Shown piece after piece: positions 7,925 through 18,489 of a stretch of 64,000 bases of DNA. The notes beneath the pieces are model-generated. The model did no database searches. It was given only the letters and a program-made list of their open reading frames with translations, and was not told the origin of the DNA. Origin of the DNA: a virus; IMG/VR virus record IMGVR_UViG_3300049434_000028, positions 38,798 through 102,797 of that record; one strand, given 5' to 3'. Position 1 is the stretch's first letter; each line of letters starts with the position of its first letter. Both the position numbers and the translations under genes were made by a program.

Positions 7925-10285
7925 TTAGACAGCCTCTACGAGAATCTGACGAGCCGTCAATGTACCAATAGTGGTGGTCGCGGTCAGGTCGATGTAGAAC
8001 AACGCCGTGGTGGGAATCGAGCCGACCACCTCGGCTGCCGGTGCCTTGGAGTAGATGACCGCGGAGGTACCAGCCGTAGCCACTGCCTGACTCGTGACCT
8101 GCCCATGCGCCACCAACGTCGAGCTGGCACCCAACGCCACTACCTGCACGACGGCGTCCACGTAATAGATCTGGTTGGCCACCGCTGCTGCTGAGACGTT
8201 GGAGGCCCACAGCAGCGTCGTGTCACCGCCTACGGTTCCCGCGGTACCCGCACGGATGCCCACGATGACGGTGCCGGTAGACGACGCCTGCAGCTCTGCC
8301 TTGATCAGGAACGTCTGGCCCACCACCACCGAGTTGGCCGGGATCCGAACAACGGCCATGATCGTCTCGGACGTACCCGAGGTGACCGCACCACGCCCTG
8401 CGATGACCGCCGAGCCCGTGGACCCGAGTAGCTGCAGAATCCCGGTGCCGGACATGAGCCCCGAGTTCTGGCTGATCCGCTTGCTCACCCCCACCACAGC
8501 CGCGGAAGCGTCAGCCAGCGGGGCCACGCTCGCGCCGTCCATCTGGTTATCCCCGACGGAGAGCGCACCAAGGCCAGAGGTGCCTGCCTGGATGTCGACG
8601 TGCGTCGCGTTGGTGACCGTCAGGTTGCTGTTCGGACCGAAGATGCAACCATTGATGCGCACCTTGGTCTGATTGCTGGCCGAAGGAATGATCCGAACGC
8701 CAGCGCCACCAACCCCGTTGAACCCGGTGACTCGGCAGGCCTGGATGTTCACGTCCTGCGCGCCGTTGACCAGGATGCCCGCACCGGTCCCGGTTCCTGC
8801 CGCGTTGTAGATGTCGCAATCGACCAGGGAGATACCCGCAGGAAGCGCGGTAGCTGTACCCACCCCCCCTGCGCCAGTGCCGTTGATCTCTACCGAGTGG
8901 TTGGCGCCCGTAGCAGCGATGCCGCACTGCGTGAACTTGATCCGGTTGGAGGTGAACCCTCCCGTGATCTTGATGACCGAACCCTGAGGCTGGTCGAAGA
9001 AGCAGTTGGTGAAATAGCACGCCTGTGCGCCGAGCGCGGAAGCCGCGTTGAACCAGACGACGTTAGTGCCCTGAATCCAGTCGCAGTTGGTGACCTGTAC
9101 CGCACCACTTGCCTGGATCTCACAGCATGCGCTGGTCGTTGCCGCGCCTGCGTTGATGGTCGCGTTGTGGATCATTACATTGATGGTCGCGCCGTTGATG
9201 AAGATCCCGCGGCCACCATTGGGGACGCTGCTGATGTCGAGGTCAGACCACACGCTGAGGTTCGCGCTCTGGTTGCCGGTGGCGTTGATGGCCTGGAACA
9301 TCCCGGAGAACGCGCACCGGTAGACGTTCATCCCTACGTTGTTGCCGACCGGGATGTTGATCGCGGCTCCGGCGGTCTTGGTGACCGACGTCTGGAAGCC
9401 GATGTCTGTCCACATGTCGTACCAGCCCGCGACGCTCTTGGTGAACGTGTGCTGGGTGGCGTTGGTCGTCTTGATGATCGAGGCGTAGCGGTTGACGCCC
9501 TTGAAGGTGTAGCGCCGGTCGACGTTGATGTCGATGGCGGCAGAGATCCGGTAGGTACCCGCAGGGATGAACAGCACCGCGCCCGCAGGCATCGTCGAGA
9601 TCGCATTGGCGAACTGCGTGTCGTTCAGGGTGCTGTCGTTCCCAACGCCCCCGAAATCAGCTACGAAGTCGTAGTGCAGGTTGTCTATCAGGCGCTTGTC
9701 CAGAGCGGACATCAAGCCCTGCAGGCTCTGCGTGGACGCAGGCAACATCGCGGCTACCTGAGTAGGCGTCAGATCAGCAACCGTTGCCGCGCCGCCAGTG
9801 TTGTTGCCCCGCAGCGTGTTCGCTGCCGCGTTCACCTGCATCGCCAACGTGACGTACCCGCCAGGGATGTCCTGCCAGACGGTGTTGTAGTTCGTCGAGT
9901 CAATCTTGCGAAGGAACTGCCCAGCCGTACCGCCAGCCACTACCCCTGCGCCTGCGGAGCCGGGTGCACCAGCGGTACCCTGCGCGCCCTGCAGGCTCAC
10001 CAACGCGGACCAGGTACTCACACCGGTCTTGACCTGGTAGCCCTTGTTCGTCGAGTCGAAGTAGACGTCTCCGATCACGCCGAGGGAGTTCGACGGCGCG
10101 CCTGCGCCATTGAAGATCGTGTTCTGCTGCCAGGGCAGGGAATTCCAGGCCGTGACGCCGTCGCCGACCTTGAAGCGCAGAGACGTGGTGGCGAAACCCA
10201 TCTCGGCCGCGAGCAGCACCGGGTTGTCCGACGTCCAGTTGGCGTCGGTGGCGTTACGCATCTGGAACTGAACCAGGACGGCCAT
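7925..10285 (-). CDS. Tailspike/fibre with Mtd-N-like N-terminus and pectate-lyase-type beta-helix (putative depolymerase)
   Basis: WTSDNPVL..EMG..KVGDGVTAWNSLPW; DFGGVGND..VLFIPAGTYRI; beta-helix-like repeats. Confidence 0.8.
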   Translation of the reverse strand: MAVLVQFQMRNATDANWTSDNPVLLAAEMGFATTSLRFKVGDGVTAWNSLPWQQNTIFNGAGAPSNSLGVIGDVYFDSTNKGYQVKTGVSTWSALVSLQGAQGTAGAPGSAGAGVVAGGTAGQFLRKIDSTNYNTVWQDIPGGYVTLAMQVNAAANTLRGNNTGGAATVADLTPTQVAAMLPASTQSLQGLMSALDKRLIDNLHYDFVADFGGVGNDSTLNDTQFANAISTMPAGAVLFIPAGTYRISAAIDINVDRRYTFKGVNRYASIIKTTNATQHTFTKSVAGWYDMWTDIGFQTSVTKTAGAAINIPVGNNVGMNVYRCAFSGMFQAINATGNQSANLSVWSDLDISSVPNGGRGIFINGATINVMIHNATINAGAATTSACCEIQASGAVQVTNCDWIQGTNVVWFNAASALGAQACYFTNCFFDQPQGSVIKITGGFTSNRIKFTQCGIAATGANHSVEINGTGAGGVGTATALPAGISLVDCDIYNAAGTGTGAGILVNGAQDVNIQACRVTGFNGVGGAGVRIIPSASNQTKVRINGCIFGPNSNLTVTNATHVDIQAGTSGLGALSVGDNQMDGASVAPLADASAAVVGVSKRISQNSGLMSGTGILQLLGSTGSAVIAGRGAVTSGTSETIMAVVRIPANSVVVGQTFLIKAELQASSTGTVIVGIRAGTAGTVGGDTTLLWASNVSAAAVANQIYYVDAVVQVVALGASSTLVAHGQVTSQAVATAGTSAVIYSKAPAAEVVGSIPTTALFYIDLTATTTIGTLTARQILVEAV

Positions 10286-10519
10286 CTAGCTGGATCCTCC
10301 GCAGTTGATGCGCGGGGTGTTGTTCGTGTAGACGGTGTTCGAGGTACCGCCGGTCCAAATCTGGGTCGTAGCCGTGCTGGCCACGATGGGGACGACCTGA
10401 CCGTCGGACTGGCGCACCTTCATCACCCCGCCCTCGGCGTACAAGTACGCACCGTCAGATGGGTTGGCTGTAGGGGCAACCATGTTCCTGAACCAATGCC
10501 AGGTGGCGATCGGTTTCAT
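10286..10519 (-). CDS. Small fibre-associated protein
   Basis: APTANPSDGAYLYAEGG; translationally coupled. Confidence 0.55.
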   Translation of the reverse strand: MKPIATWHWFRNMVAPTANPSDGAYLYAEGGVMKVRQSDGQVVPIVASTATTQIWTGGTSNTVYTNNTPRINCGGSS

Positions 10520-12099
10520 CAGCCACCAGCCACGGAGATCTGGATCGCCGCCGCGCTGTAGGCAATGTCCGAGGTGACCCCGATCGTGTTGGCGTCGATG
10601 GTGCGCACGCCGATGTCCGTCTTGGTGCCATCCGCCACGACCTTAAAGGACTCGATCGTGTTCGTGGTGTTGAGGTTGTGCACGACGTTCAGCTCTACGC
10701 CAGCGGAAAGCGCGCCAAGCGCCGCGGTGTAGAAGCCGGGCGTGCCGAGGTTGGTACGGGCGGCGGCGGCCGTGGTAGCACCTGTACCGCCGTACAGAAC
10801 GCCTACCGCTGTGGCATTCCAGGTCCCGACGGTGACCGTACCCAGCGTGGTGAGAGAGGTCTGACCGACGTAGTTGGACGCGATGTCGATCACGCCAGCG
10901 GTGACCGTTACCCGGTTGGTAGTGCCGGTGTAGGTCTGACCCTGCCCCCACTGGGTGATCGAGAGGCTGGTGGTGTCCAGGGTGATCGGGTCGGGAGTCG
11001 CGACCTTCCACTGCGTCCCGGCCAGCGTGCCTTCGGTGATCAACCAGAACGCGCCGGAGGTGAGCGTCTCGTTGGGCGGCCGGTTCCACGCGCCAGAGTG
11101 GATGATCCACGGCCCGTTCTGCGATCCAGTGGTCTGGCCGAGCAGGATCACTCGGTCGCCGTCGGTGCGTGCGCTGCCGTCCACGGTGAGGCCGGTCAAC
11201 GACGCACGGTTGGCCGTCTCCCCGAATCGCACCGAGGGCTTGTTGTCGATGCCCGCCTGGGCGGTCTGAATGTCCACCAACCGCGCCGCGGAGTTCGGCC
11301 CGAGCGGCGCGCCGAGGTTGGTCAGCTCCTGGCTGTTCATGGTCACCGCGGCGGTGGGTGCCGCGATCTGGTCTAGCCGCGTTGTGCCAGCGAGCGCGTT
11401 GGCCGCCCCAAAACCAAGCTGGCGCAGGGATTCGACACCGGCAGCCTGACTGAGCAGGGAGGCCGCGATGTTGGCCAGGGTGATGGTGCCTGCGGCAATC
11501 TTGACCCCCGCGCCCGCAGTACCGCCGGTCACGCTCGCGTCGGTGGGGATACGCGTGTCGCTCAGACGGCTGTCGTTGCCCGCGGCGGCCTGTGCCGCGC
11601 CCGTGCCCAACGTGCGCAGCGACGCGGTGCCCGCGGCGCCGTCCTTGTTCGCAGCGGCAATCTGAACGTCGGTGATCGTGGCGTTGACGATGTTCGCAGC
11701 GGTGATGGTGTTCGCCGCGATCTTGACACCGGCCCCGGCCGTGCCGCCGGTTACCGAGCCGTCGGTCGGTACGCGGGTATCGGTGAACCGTGCATCGTTT
11801 CCCAGCGGCACCGTGATGGAGGTCTGCCCGGTAGGAATCTGCGCGATCGGGATGTGGGTAGTGCCGTCAAGAGTTGCGACGCCCGAAGCCACACCGAGCT
11901 GAGAAGCCAGCACGGTGCCCGTCTGAGACAGGAGCACCCAGGCGCCGTTCTCGCGGGTGTACGACCTCAGGGCAACGGTATCGTAGTACTGCTGCCCGTT
12001 GACCGGCGATGTGGGCGCGCTGGACTTGTTCTCAACGACCATCCCAATCTGCGGGATCTTCTGGAAGTCGTACTGGACCGAGATCTTCTTTGCTGCCAC
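10519..12099 (-). CDS. Tail/head fibre protein with an internal duplication
   Basis: GDRVILLGQT..QNG motif; two GND.R..DTR.PTD.SVTGGTAGAGVKIAA repeats; C-terminal VHNLNT. Confidence 0.7.
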   Translation of the reverse strand: MAAKKISVQYDFQKIPQIGMVVENKSSAPTSPVNGQQYYDTVALRSYTRENGAWVLLSQTGTVLASQLGVASGVATLDGTTHIPIAQIPTGQTSITVPLGNDARFTDTRVPTDGSVTGGTAGAGVKIAANTITAANIVNATITDVQIAAANKDGAAGTASLRTLGTGAAQAAAGNDSRLSDTRIPTDASVTGGTAGAGVKIAAGTITLANIAASLLSQAAGVESLRQLGFGAANALAGTTRLDQIAAPTAAVTMNSQELTNLGAPLGPNSAARLVDIQTAQAGIDNKPSVRFGETANRASLTGLTVDGSARTDGDRVILLGQTTGSQNGPWIIHSGAWNRPPNETLTSGAFWLITEGTLAGTQWKVATPDPITLDTTSLSITQWGQGQTYTGTTNRVTVTAGVIDIASNYVGQTSLTTLGTVTVGTWNATAVGVLYGGTGATTAAAARTNLGTPGFYTAALGALSAGVELNVVHNLNTTNTIESFKVVADGTKTDIGVRTIDANTIGVTSDIAYSAAAIQISVAGG

Positions 12100-12113
12100 G
12101 ACGTGCGCCTTCC

Positions 12114-12569
12114 TTAGTAGAGAATCTCCAGCACGCCGGACTCGGCGTAGTACCAATCAGCTCGGACGGTGTTCGCATCGACGTGAACGACGAGCCCCTC
12201 CTTCTCGGTGATGCCGTCGGACTCGTACAGGTTCACCTCCAGCGGTCGGGCGCCCAGGTTGTGCGTCGCGACCCACGAGGTGGCGGCCGACGCGAAATTG
12301 AAGGCCATGCTCTGCAGCGTTCCGCCTGGCGCGCCAGGAGCCCCCGGAGTGCCAGGTGTGCCGGGCGATCCAGGTGCACCTGGTGGGCCAGGAGGACCGA
12401 TCAGACCGTGACCGGAATGTACGACGACACGCTCTCCGGGAGTGGAGACCACCTCCCGCGCTACCTCGTTGACCGCTACCTGCGAGGACACCAACGGCGT
12501 CGTGATGATCTCGCGCCGGACGACATTGGTCGTCACGTCCTCATTGGTGTCACGCCGTTGCACACCCAT
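12114..12569 (-). CDS. Collagen-repeat fibre-associated protein
   Basis: GPPGPPGAPGSPGTPG..; W.ATHNLG..P. Confidence 0.65.
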   Translation of the reverse strand: MGVQRRDTNEDVTTNVVRREIITTPLVSSQVAVNEVAREVVSTPGERVVVHSGHGLIGPPGPPGAPGSPGTPGTPGAPGAPGGTLQSMAFNFASAATSWVATHNLGARPLEVNLYESDGITEKEGLVVHVDANTVRADWYYAESGVLEILY

Positions 12570-13477
12570 CAGGGGACCTGCGGATCCACGCAGGCGAGAC
12601 CCTTGACCAGCCGCACAACGTCGGTGGGATCGACGAGGTTGGTCAGCTTTAAGTCCCAGACCAGGTCCGTCCCGAAGTAAGGCTGGAATACGGGGGTGAG
12701 CGTCGCAGGAATGCGTACGTCAATGTCCCTACTGACCGCGAGCGTGATGCTCGGGTCGTTCGGCGGTACGCCGTTAGAAGTGATCGTCATGATCGCCGGA
12801 TCAACGTAGTTGACCCCGATGCGCATCACCGCGTAGTAGACGCCGAGCAGCGGGACGTTGACGCCGTTGGCGTCAGTCCAGGACAGCGGCAGATCGAACG
12901 TCGCACCCGGCTGGATAACGATGTTCATCTGCGCGGTCACTGTAGATTCCTCACTGCTGGCGCTGTAGCGGGAGAAGTCAGGATCGTTGACCATCTCGTC
13001 CGGCCGGAGCATGACGCCGAGCACGCGCATCATCGTGTCGTGTCCGGAGGGCTCGAACTGGCCGGTGACGCTGATGTCGCGGATGCCCCAGACGATGTTG
13101 TCGTAGACGAAGCGGTCGCGAACGTGCAGCTCATTGTTGTGCGACATCTCGGGGAGCAGTCCTGCGCGCCTCGCCTGTTCATAACTCATTCGCACGTCAA
13201 TGGTGTCGAGCACGTACTGCCCGTCATCGGTGGTCGACTTTTGGCCCTCGCGCCGATTGGCCGATAGCACCGGAATTGGAACCGGGCCGCGCCAACGTCG
13301 ACCGGTACCCGCAAGATCCTGCCCCTCGCCATAGACGTCGTCGAAGGTGGAGTTGACCGGGTCGAAGAAGTACCACTCGATGTACGTGCCGAACGCCCGC
13401 TGATGCTGCTCGATGTCGCGGTCGATGCGCCGAGAGTCGTACTTGGGCGAGAAGAACCGCGAGCGGATCTGCGCCAT
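12569..13477 (-). CDS. Head closure/neck protein with C-terminal Ig-like domain
   Basis: DDVYGEG..W..P..RDRFVYDN; C-terminal IQPGATFD..WDL..L.KG. Confidence 0.55.
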   Translation of the reverse strand: MAQIRSRFFSPKYDSRRIDRDIEQHQRAFGTYIEWYFFDPVNSTFDDVYGEGQDLAGTGRRWRGPVPIPVLSANRREGQKSTTDDGQYVLDTIDVRMSYEQARRAGLLPEMSHNNELHVRDRFVYDNIVWGIRDISVTGQFEPSGHDTMMRVLGVMLRPDEMVNDPDFSRYSASSEESTVTAQMNIVIQPGATFDLPLSWTDANGVNVPLLGVYYAVMRIGVNYVDPAIMTITSNGVPPNDPSITLAVSRDIDVRIPATLTPVFQPYFGTDLVWDLKLTNLVDPTDVVRLVKGLACVDPQVP

Positions 13478-13741
13478 CTACGCCTCCTCCCAGCGCCCGT
13501 TGCGAATCCAGCCATGATGCTGATGAGTGCCGGTGATGAGCTGGATCGAAGGGTGCAGGGTCAGCGGGTCCTCCTGCAGAACGTCCCACTCCTCCTCGCC
13601 CACGCCGTGGCCTTTGAAGAAGATCGAGCCCCGACAACCGTCGGAGAACCGCAAGATGATCCCAGCGAGATCGTTCTCCCCGCCGTTGACGAACCGCTTG
13701 TAGAGAGTGCTGTCGCCGAGGTCGGTCCAGTCGTCGCTCAC
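13478..13741 (-). CDS. DUF6527-like protein
   Basis: PLTLHPSI..HHGWIRNGRW. Confidence 0.55.
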   Translation of the reverse strand: MSDDWTDLGDSTLYKRFVNGGENDLAGIILRFSDGCRGSIFFKGHGVGEEEWDVLQEDPLTLHPSIQLITGTHQHHGWIRNGRWEEA

Positions 13742-14893
13742 CTATACCCCCGGCGGGTACTGCTGACCGACGTACACACGCTGCGCGCTGCCGGTACCGG
13801 TGATCCCGGAGTCGACCGGCGGGTACACACGAATGGGAGCTGACTGGTCGTCATACTCCCGATCGGTGTAGATGGGGACGTAGCGTCCGGTCGTCCGGGA
13901 GACGCGCCGCAGCGTGAACATCTCAATCCGCGAGAGCCCGACGTTGAGCTGCTGGGAGAGCGTGTTGTAGCGCTCCTGCTGCGCCTTGATCATTTCCATG
14001 ATCGCGCGGTAACGCTCCTGCCGCGGGAGATTGGTGCCCTCCGCGGTCGTGACGTCGATGTCGTAGCTGGCGTCGGCCGCGAGCGCCCACAGCGCCTCGA
14101 TGGCGGCCAGCAACGCGACGGGGTGCTCCTCCACCAGCGGAAGGTTGGTGAACTCCTGCACGGCTGTCGTGTACGTCATCCGGCCGGTCAGCGGATCACG
14201 GTAGATCGTACGGTCCGTAGTGCCGTGCGCGTGCTTCCAGAAGGCCGACTCGATGAACCGGTCCAACTCCTCGTCCAGGAAGAACTGCGCGTACTGGCCG
14301 CGCACGAACAGCTTGCTGCCCAAAGCGACCGGCACGATGGTCGTGATGATGCCGGTGCGCGTCTCCAGGGTGTAGTCGGCATCAGGTACGAGCGGGACCG
14401 CGGTGGTCTCCCCGTCAATCTGCACGAGCACCTGCAACGTGCCCGGCAGGACGGACTCGGCCGGAAGATCGAAGCGTGTCGCCATGCCGTCGCCAGGCTG
14501 CGCGATCGAAAAGCCCTGGATGTAGTCGGCGATCTCGATCCGCAGCCGGTCGCGGATCCGCGTGATCGTGGTGCCCTGCGGGTTCAGGTCGGGCAGCGGG
14601 GGCGCAGGAATCGGAGCCAGCAGAACGTTGACGAGCCCTGCCTGGTTGACGCTGTGCTCGCCGTCAGATGTGCTCAGCAGCACGTAGTAGAAGCCGCTCG
14701 GCGTGGTGCGCGGGACTGTGACGTGGATGCTCACGCCGCTGTCGATGGTGAAGTCCTGAGTGAACACGTACTCGCTCGTGTCGTTGTCCACCAGCCCTAC
14801 CATGGCCACCCGGCCGAAGCCCGTGCCCACAACGATGATCTGGTTCCCGACCGCGACCGGTGAGGTGACAGCGGTGATGACGGGGGCTGTCAT
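13742..14893 (-). CDS. Head-to-tail adaptor with N-terminal IPT/TIG-like domain
   Basis: PVITAVT..I.V.GTGF; RLRIEI.D; FFLDEEL..F; IPR.ERY-type motif. Confidence 0.6.
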   Translation of the reverse strand: MTAPVITAVTSPVAVGNQIIVVGTGFGRVAMVGLVDNDTSEYVFTQDFTIDSGVSIHVTVPRTTPSGFYYVLLSTSDGEHSVNQAGLVNVLLAPIPAPPLPDLNPQGTTITRIRDRLRIEIADYIQGFSIAQPGDGMATRFDLPAESVLPGTLQVLVQIDGETTAVPLVPDADYTLETRTGIITTIVPVALGSKLFVRGQYAQFFLDEELDRFIESAFWKHAHGTTDRTIYRDPLTGRMTYTTAVQEFTNLPLVEEHPVALLAAIEALWALAADASYDIDVTTAEGTNLPRQERYRAIMEMIKAQQERYNTLSQQLNVGLSRIEMFTLRRVSRTTGRYVPIYTDREYDDQSAPIRVYPPVDSGITGTGSAQRVYVGQQYPPGV

Positions 14894-14907
14894 CTCTCCC
14901 CTTTCGC

Positions 14908-15054
14908 TCAGTCCTGCGTGACGTAGGAGACCTGCTCCGCGGTGTAGATCAGATCAGGGTCGGGTCGGAAGGCCACGGGGACCTTCCCTACGGTGCCCAG
15001 CGTGCCAGAGCCGGTGAGCATGGTTGTCGAGACGTACTCCTGCGGACCGCTCAC
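14908..15054 (-). CDS. 48-aa protein carrying one LTGSGTL repeat unit (not in ORF track)
   Basis: GTGA-coupled; MSGPQEYVSTTMLTGSGTLGTVGKVP..LIYTAEQ. Confidence 0.5.
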   Translation of the reverse strand: MSGPQEYVSTTMLTGSGTLGTVGKVPVAFRPDPDLIYTAEQVSYVTQD

Positions 15055-17795
15055 CGGGGCCCTCCTCTGTCCTTCAGCACCGGTACCGGCGAGGCCTCGA
15101 CCGCGTACACCAACGGCGGCGGGTCGGCCACGATACCGATCGACGCCTCCTGCGCGTAGATGGTCGGTGCATCGAAGCCACGGAAGCTGATCCCTGCTCG
15201 CCCGGCCAGAGAGAGTGCGCCAGCGCCGGACAGAGAGAGCGGGCTGCCCTCGTTGATCGCCACAACGACGGCCAGCGCGCCTGCACCGCTCAGCGGCACG
15301 TCCTGCCGAGCCCCCGACACGACGCCTTCGAGGAGCGCGCCCAAACCGGTAAGCGCCACGGCCGCCGACGTCTGGACGGTCGTGGCGATGCCCAGCACTC
15401 CCAGACTGGATAGCTGGGCGCTCCCCGTCGTCGTCAGCGTCGTGGTGAGGGTGAGCGCGCCTGCACCGCTCAGCACTGCAGCAGCAACCGCGGTAGCCGA
15501 CACCTGCGCAACGACGAGCTGGCCAGCGCCAGAGAGCCCCAGGGGCTGAGTTATCGCCAGGGTGCCCGTGTCGACCAGCGTGCCAGAGCCGTTCAACGGA
15601 ACCGCGCTGGACGCCGTTGGAGCGCTGCCCGCGGTGACCAACGTTCCAGACCCGGCCAGCACGAAGGAGACGGACACGGCCGGGGTGCCCGCGCCCGCCA
15701 ACGTGCCGCTACCGGACAGCGGGACGGCGCGCGACGTCGTGATGGACGTAGGCACCGGGACGAGTTGGCCAGAGCCACTCAGAACACCTGGTTGCGAGTA
15801 CGCGGGCACCCCGAGCAGAGAGAGCACTCCTGCGCCCGTCAGCGGAACGGCGCGTGACGCGGTCATCCCGGTCCCAGCCGGAACGAGTGAGCCCGCCCCG
15901 CTCAACGACGCGGCGGCCGAGGCCGACGGCGCGCTGCCAACCGTGCCGAGCGTTCCCGATCCGGTGAGCGAGAGGGCGCGCGGGAAATCCGGCGTGCCGG
16001 TCGTGGTCAGCGTTCCCGATCCACTCAGGGTGTCGCTACCCGTGTACGACGGCAGGATGAGGAACGAGAGCGCTCCCGTGCCGGATAGCGCCAGCGGAAC
16101 CGTGAACGCCGGGGATCCCGTTGTGACCAGGCTTCCCGAGCCGGTCAGTGTGGCCGAGCCCGAGGTCGAGACCAAGGCCGCCAGCGTCAATGCGCCAGAT
16201 CCGGCGAGCGCCGTTGCGCCGCTGGCCGTGAGCGCCGTGGTGAACGTCAACGAGCCGGATCCGCTGAGCGCCCTGGCGCCGGACGCCGTCGTCAACGATG
16301 CGACCGGAGTCAGCGCACCGCTGCCGGAGAGCGACGCGCTTCCCGACACCGTGACCAGGCTGGCCGAGCCCGTCAACGACCCGGAGCCCGAAAGCACGCC
16401 CGGCCCGGTGAAGGCGATGGTGCTCGCCAAGGACAGCGTTCCCGAGCCCGTCAACGCAGCCGTGGCCGATGCCGTCGGCGCGCTCCCTACGGGCGAGAGC
16501 ACACCGGAGCCAGACAACGCCATGGAGACCGGGAACGCGGGAGTCGCGGCCGTCAGGGTCAGCGTGCCCGACCCGGTCAGCGGCGCGTTGTCCAACGGGC
16601 CAGGGAAGTTGATCCCGCCGACAACCGTTATGCCTGTATTCGAGGATGAGGTAATAACAGCGAGATCGACGCGGTTGAGCGGAATCGCAATCGTGATCGC
16701 ACCGGAATGCCGAGTGGTCCAACTAGAGGCGTCCGAAGAGGTCTCTAGGAAGATCGTCCCAGATGATTCCCGGAACCGCAGGTACCTGTGCGTAGTGGCG
16801 CTGTAAGTGAAGGTGGTGCCGGAGGTTATCGTCCCGTCAATCTTGATCGTAGTGAACACAGTGCCATTGGTGATCTGGAAATTCACGTCATGGGCAGTGG
16901 TGTTGAACGAAGTAGACGTGTTCACCGGAAAATAGAGGTTCCACCACACGGTGTTGCTCGTAGCAACGGGAATCGTCAGCGTATCCAGGTAGGCCGAACT
17001 GCCCACCAAGTTAACGCAGAAGGACGGCAGCGAATGCACACTGTTGAATGCACTGTTCACCGGGAATGTCGCGGTGCCGTTCCCGATAGTGACCGAGGTG
17101 TTGGCAGAGTACATCTGATTGCTAGGCAGACTCTGCCCTGTAGTGAATGTGCCGGACCCGTTGAACCCCTCAATGAAGGTGGAGGCCGTGATCCCGGTGG
17201 TGTAGAACAAGGTGTCGAAGCCCTTGAACTCCACCCACCCAGGCTCTGTGGTGACGTTGACGCTGCCGTCAGTAAGATCCGTTGACCCGGTATTACCGTA
17301 GTTAATGGTCGCGTTGCCGGACGTTCCCGCCGAGACCTTGTACCCGATCTCCACAACAATGCAGTCACCCGCCGTCACGGCGAGGCTGGACAGCGTCTTA
17401 CCGACTTCCCCGCGGCCGGTGGCCGTCGTCGTCCACGACGTAGCGCCATCCGTGTTGGTCAGCAGAGTTCCGCGCAGCGTGTCGGTGGTCCCCTGCGTCA
17501 CGAAGATGTGGACGTGGGTGACCATCGTGACGCCAGCAGGCGCCAGAACGCCGAAAGCCCACGACACCGTAGCGGTCGCAGGAATAGTCCCGGACGTACC
17601 CAAAGGCAGGGATACCCCGCGATACAGCAGGGTCTTATCGGTCGACGATACGACCGCGCGAGTCTTGGTCGCGGCGGCGTTGGTCTTTACGCCCAACCGG
17701 CCGGTGACGAAGGAGGTGGCATCGGTCCAGTCGCCCCGCACGGTGGTCGGGGTGAAAGAGGAGGCGGCGTTGGAGATATAGACCCTGACGGTCAT
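15051..17795 (-). CDS. Large virion appendage protein with ~23 L-x-G-x-G-x-L repeats and a lectin-like central domain
   Basis: Repeat spacing about 19-22 aa; HRYLRFRESSGTIFLETSSD beta-sandwich-like segment. Confidence 0.7.
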   Translation of the reverse strand: MTVRVYISNAASSFTPTTVRGDWTDATSFVTGRLGVKTNAAATKTRAVVSSTDKTLLYRGVSLPLGTSGTIPATATVSWAFGVLAPAGVTMVTHVHIFVTQGTTDTLRGTLLTNTDGATSWTTTATGRGEVGKTLSSLAVTAGDCIVVEIGYKVSAGTSGNATINYGNTGSTDLTDGSVNVTTEPGWVEFKGFDTLFYTTGITASTFIEGFNGSGTFTTGQSLPSNQMYSANTSVTIGNGTATFPVNSAFNSVHSLPSFCVNLVGSSAYLDTLTIPVATSNTVWWNLYFPVNTSTSFNTTAHDVNFQITNGTVFTTIKIDGTITSGTTFTYSATTHRYLRFRESSGTIFLETSSDASSWTTRHSGAITIAIPLNRVDLAVITSSSNTGITVVGGINFPGPLDNAPLTGSGTLTLTAATPAFPVSMALSGSGVLSPVGSAPTASATAALTGSGTLSLASTIAFTGPGVLSGSGSLTGSASLVTVSGSASLSGSGALTPVASLTTASGARALSGSGSLTFTTALTASGATALAGSGALTLAALVSTSGSATLTGSGSLVTTGSPAFTVPLALSGTGALSFLILPSYTGSDTLSGSGTLTTTGTPDFPRALSLTGSGTLGTVGSAPSASAAASLSGAGSLVPAGTGMTASRAVPLTGAGVLSLLGVPAYSQPGVLSGSGQLVPVPTSITTSRAVPLSGSGTLAGAGTPAVSVSFVLAGSGTLVTAGSAPTASSAVPLNGSGTLVDTGTLAITQPLGLSGAGQLVVAQVSATAVAAAVLSGAGALTLTTTLTTTGSAQLSSLGVLGIATTVQTSAAVALTGLGALLEGVVSGARQDVPLSGAGALAVVVAINEGSPLSLSGAGALSLAGRAGISFRGFDAPTIYAQEASIGIVADPPPLVYAVEASPVPVLKDRGGPR
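15200..16590 (-). repeat. Degenerate coding tandem repeat (~60 bp period)
   Basis: Encodes recurring L[STAN]G[SAT]G[TSAVQ]L. Confidence 0.75.
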
Positions 17796-17850
17796 TACTC
17801 CACCCCCTCCCTACCTGACACCCCTCCTTCGTGCTCAGGAAGGAGCGCGA

Positions 17851-18195
17851 CTAGCTCTGGGTGTAGGTGAAGGTGACCGTGTAGGTGCCCTGGCTGGCGA
17901 ACGCCTGCGAGGTCACGGATGCACCGTCGTAGTACGTGCCCGCCGTGACCGCAGAGTGCACGCCTGCACCAACGAGGGTGGTACCGGTCGGGATGTCAAA
18001 GACCGCGGTGGCCGAAGTGACACCGGCCGAGCTGGCCGACCAGGACAGGCTCTTACGCGCATACGCCGGGGAACCACCGGAAGGCTCGGTACCTGCCGAC
18101 GCGCCGGGGGCGGTGGTGTAGACCGCCCCGTAGAGGGCCGAGCCCTTGTACGCGTCGGACAGGATGTTCTTCATCGCGTTGGTCTGGATTGCCAT
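17851..18195 (-). CDS. Small virion protein (head-spike/fibre base-like)
   Basis: GTEPSGGSPAYARKSLSW..FDIP.G..G.HSA.TAG. Confidence 0.6.
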   Translation of the reverse strand: MAIQTNAMKNILSDAYKGSALYGAVYTTAPGASAGTEPSGGSPAYARKSLSWSASSAGVTSATAVFDIPTGTTLVGAGVHSAVTAGTYYDGASVTSQAFASQGTYTVTFTYTQS

Positions 18196-18198
18196 GGG

Positions 18199-18471
18199 TC
18201 ACGCCTCCGTAGCGGGGTAGAAAGTCCCGGCGTCCGCGACTGCGAGGCCTTCTGGGACGTAGGTGGCTCCGTCGTACCCGCCGGGTCCAGCGTCGTACTC
18301 TTCCGACACCTCGACGAACTGCCAACGCTCCCGAGCGTCCGCAACGTAGGCCTCGATGTACCGGTCTCGCACGTAATCCGTGGCGGTCATCTCCGCGGTC
18401 CCACCGGGAACCGCGACAATGCTCCTGCATGTCACGCGCCGCTTGTCGATGCGCGGGTCTACCTCAGTCAT
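18199..18471 (-). CDS. Hypothetical protein
   Basis: RBS; co-oriented in the head operon. Confidence 0.55.
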   Translation of the reverse strand: MTEVDPRIDKRRVTCRSIVAVPGGTAEMTATDYVRDRYIEAYVADARERWQFVEVSEEYDAGPGGYDGATYVPEGLAVADAGTFYPATEA

Positions 18472-18489
18472 CCACGTACCTCTCTGCTC

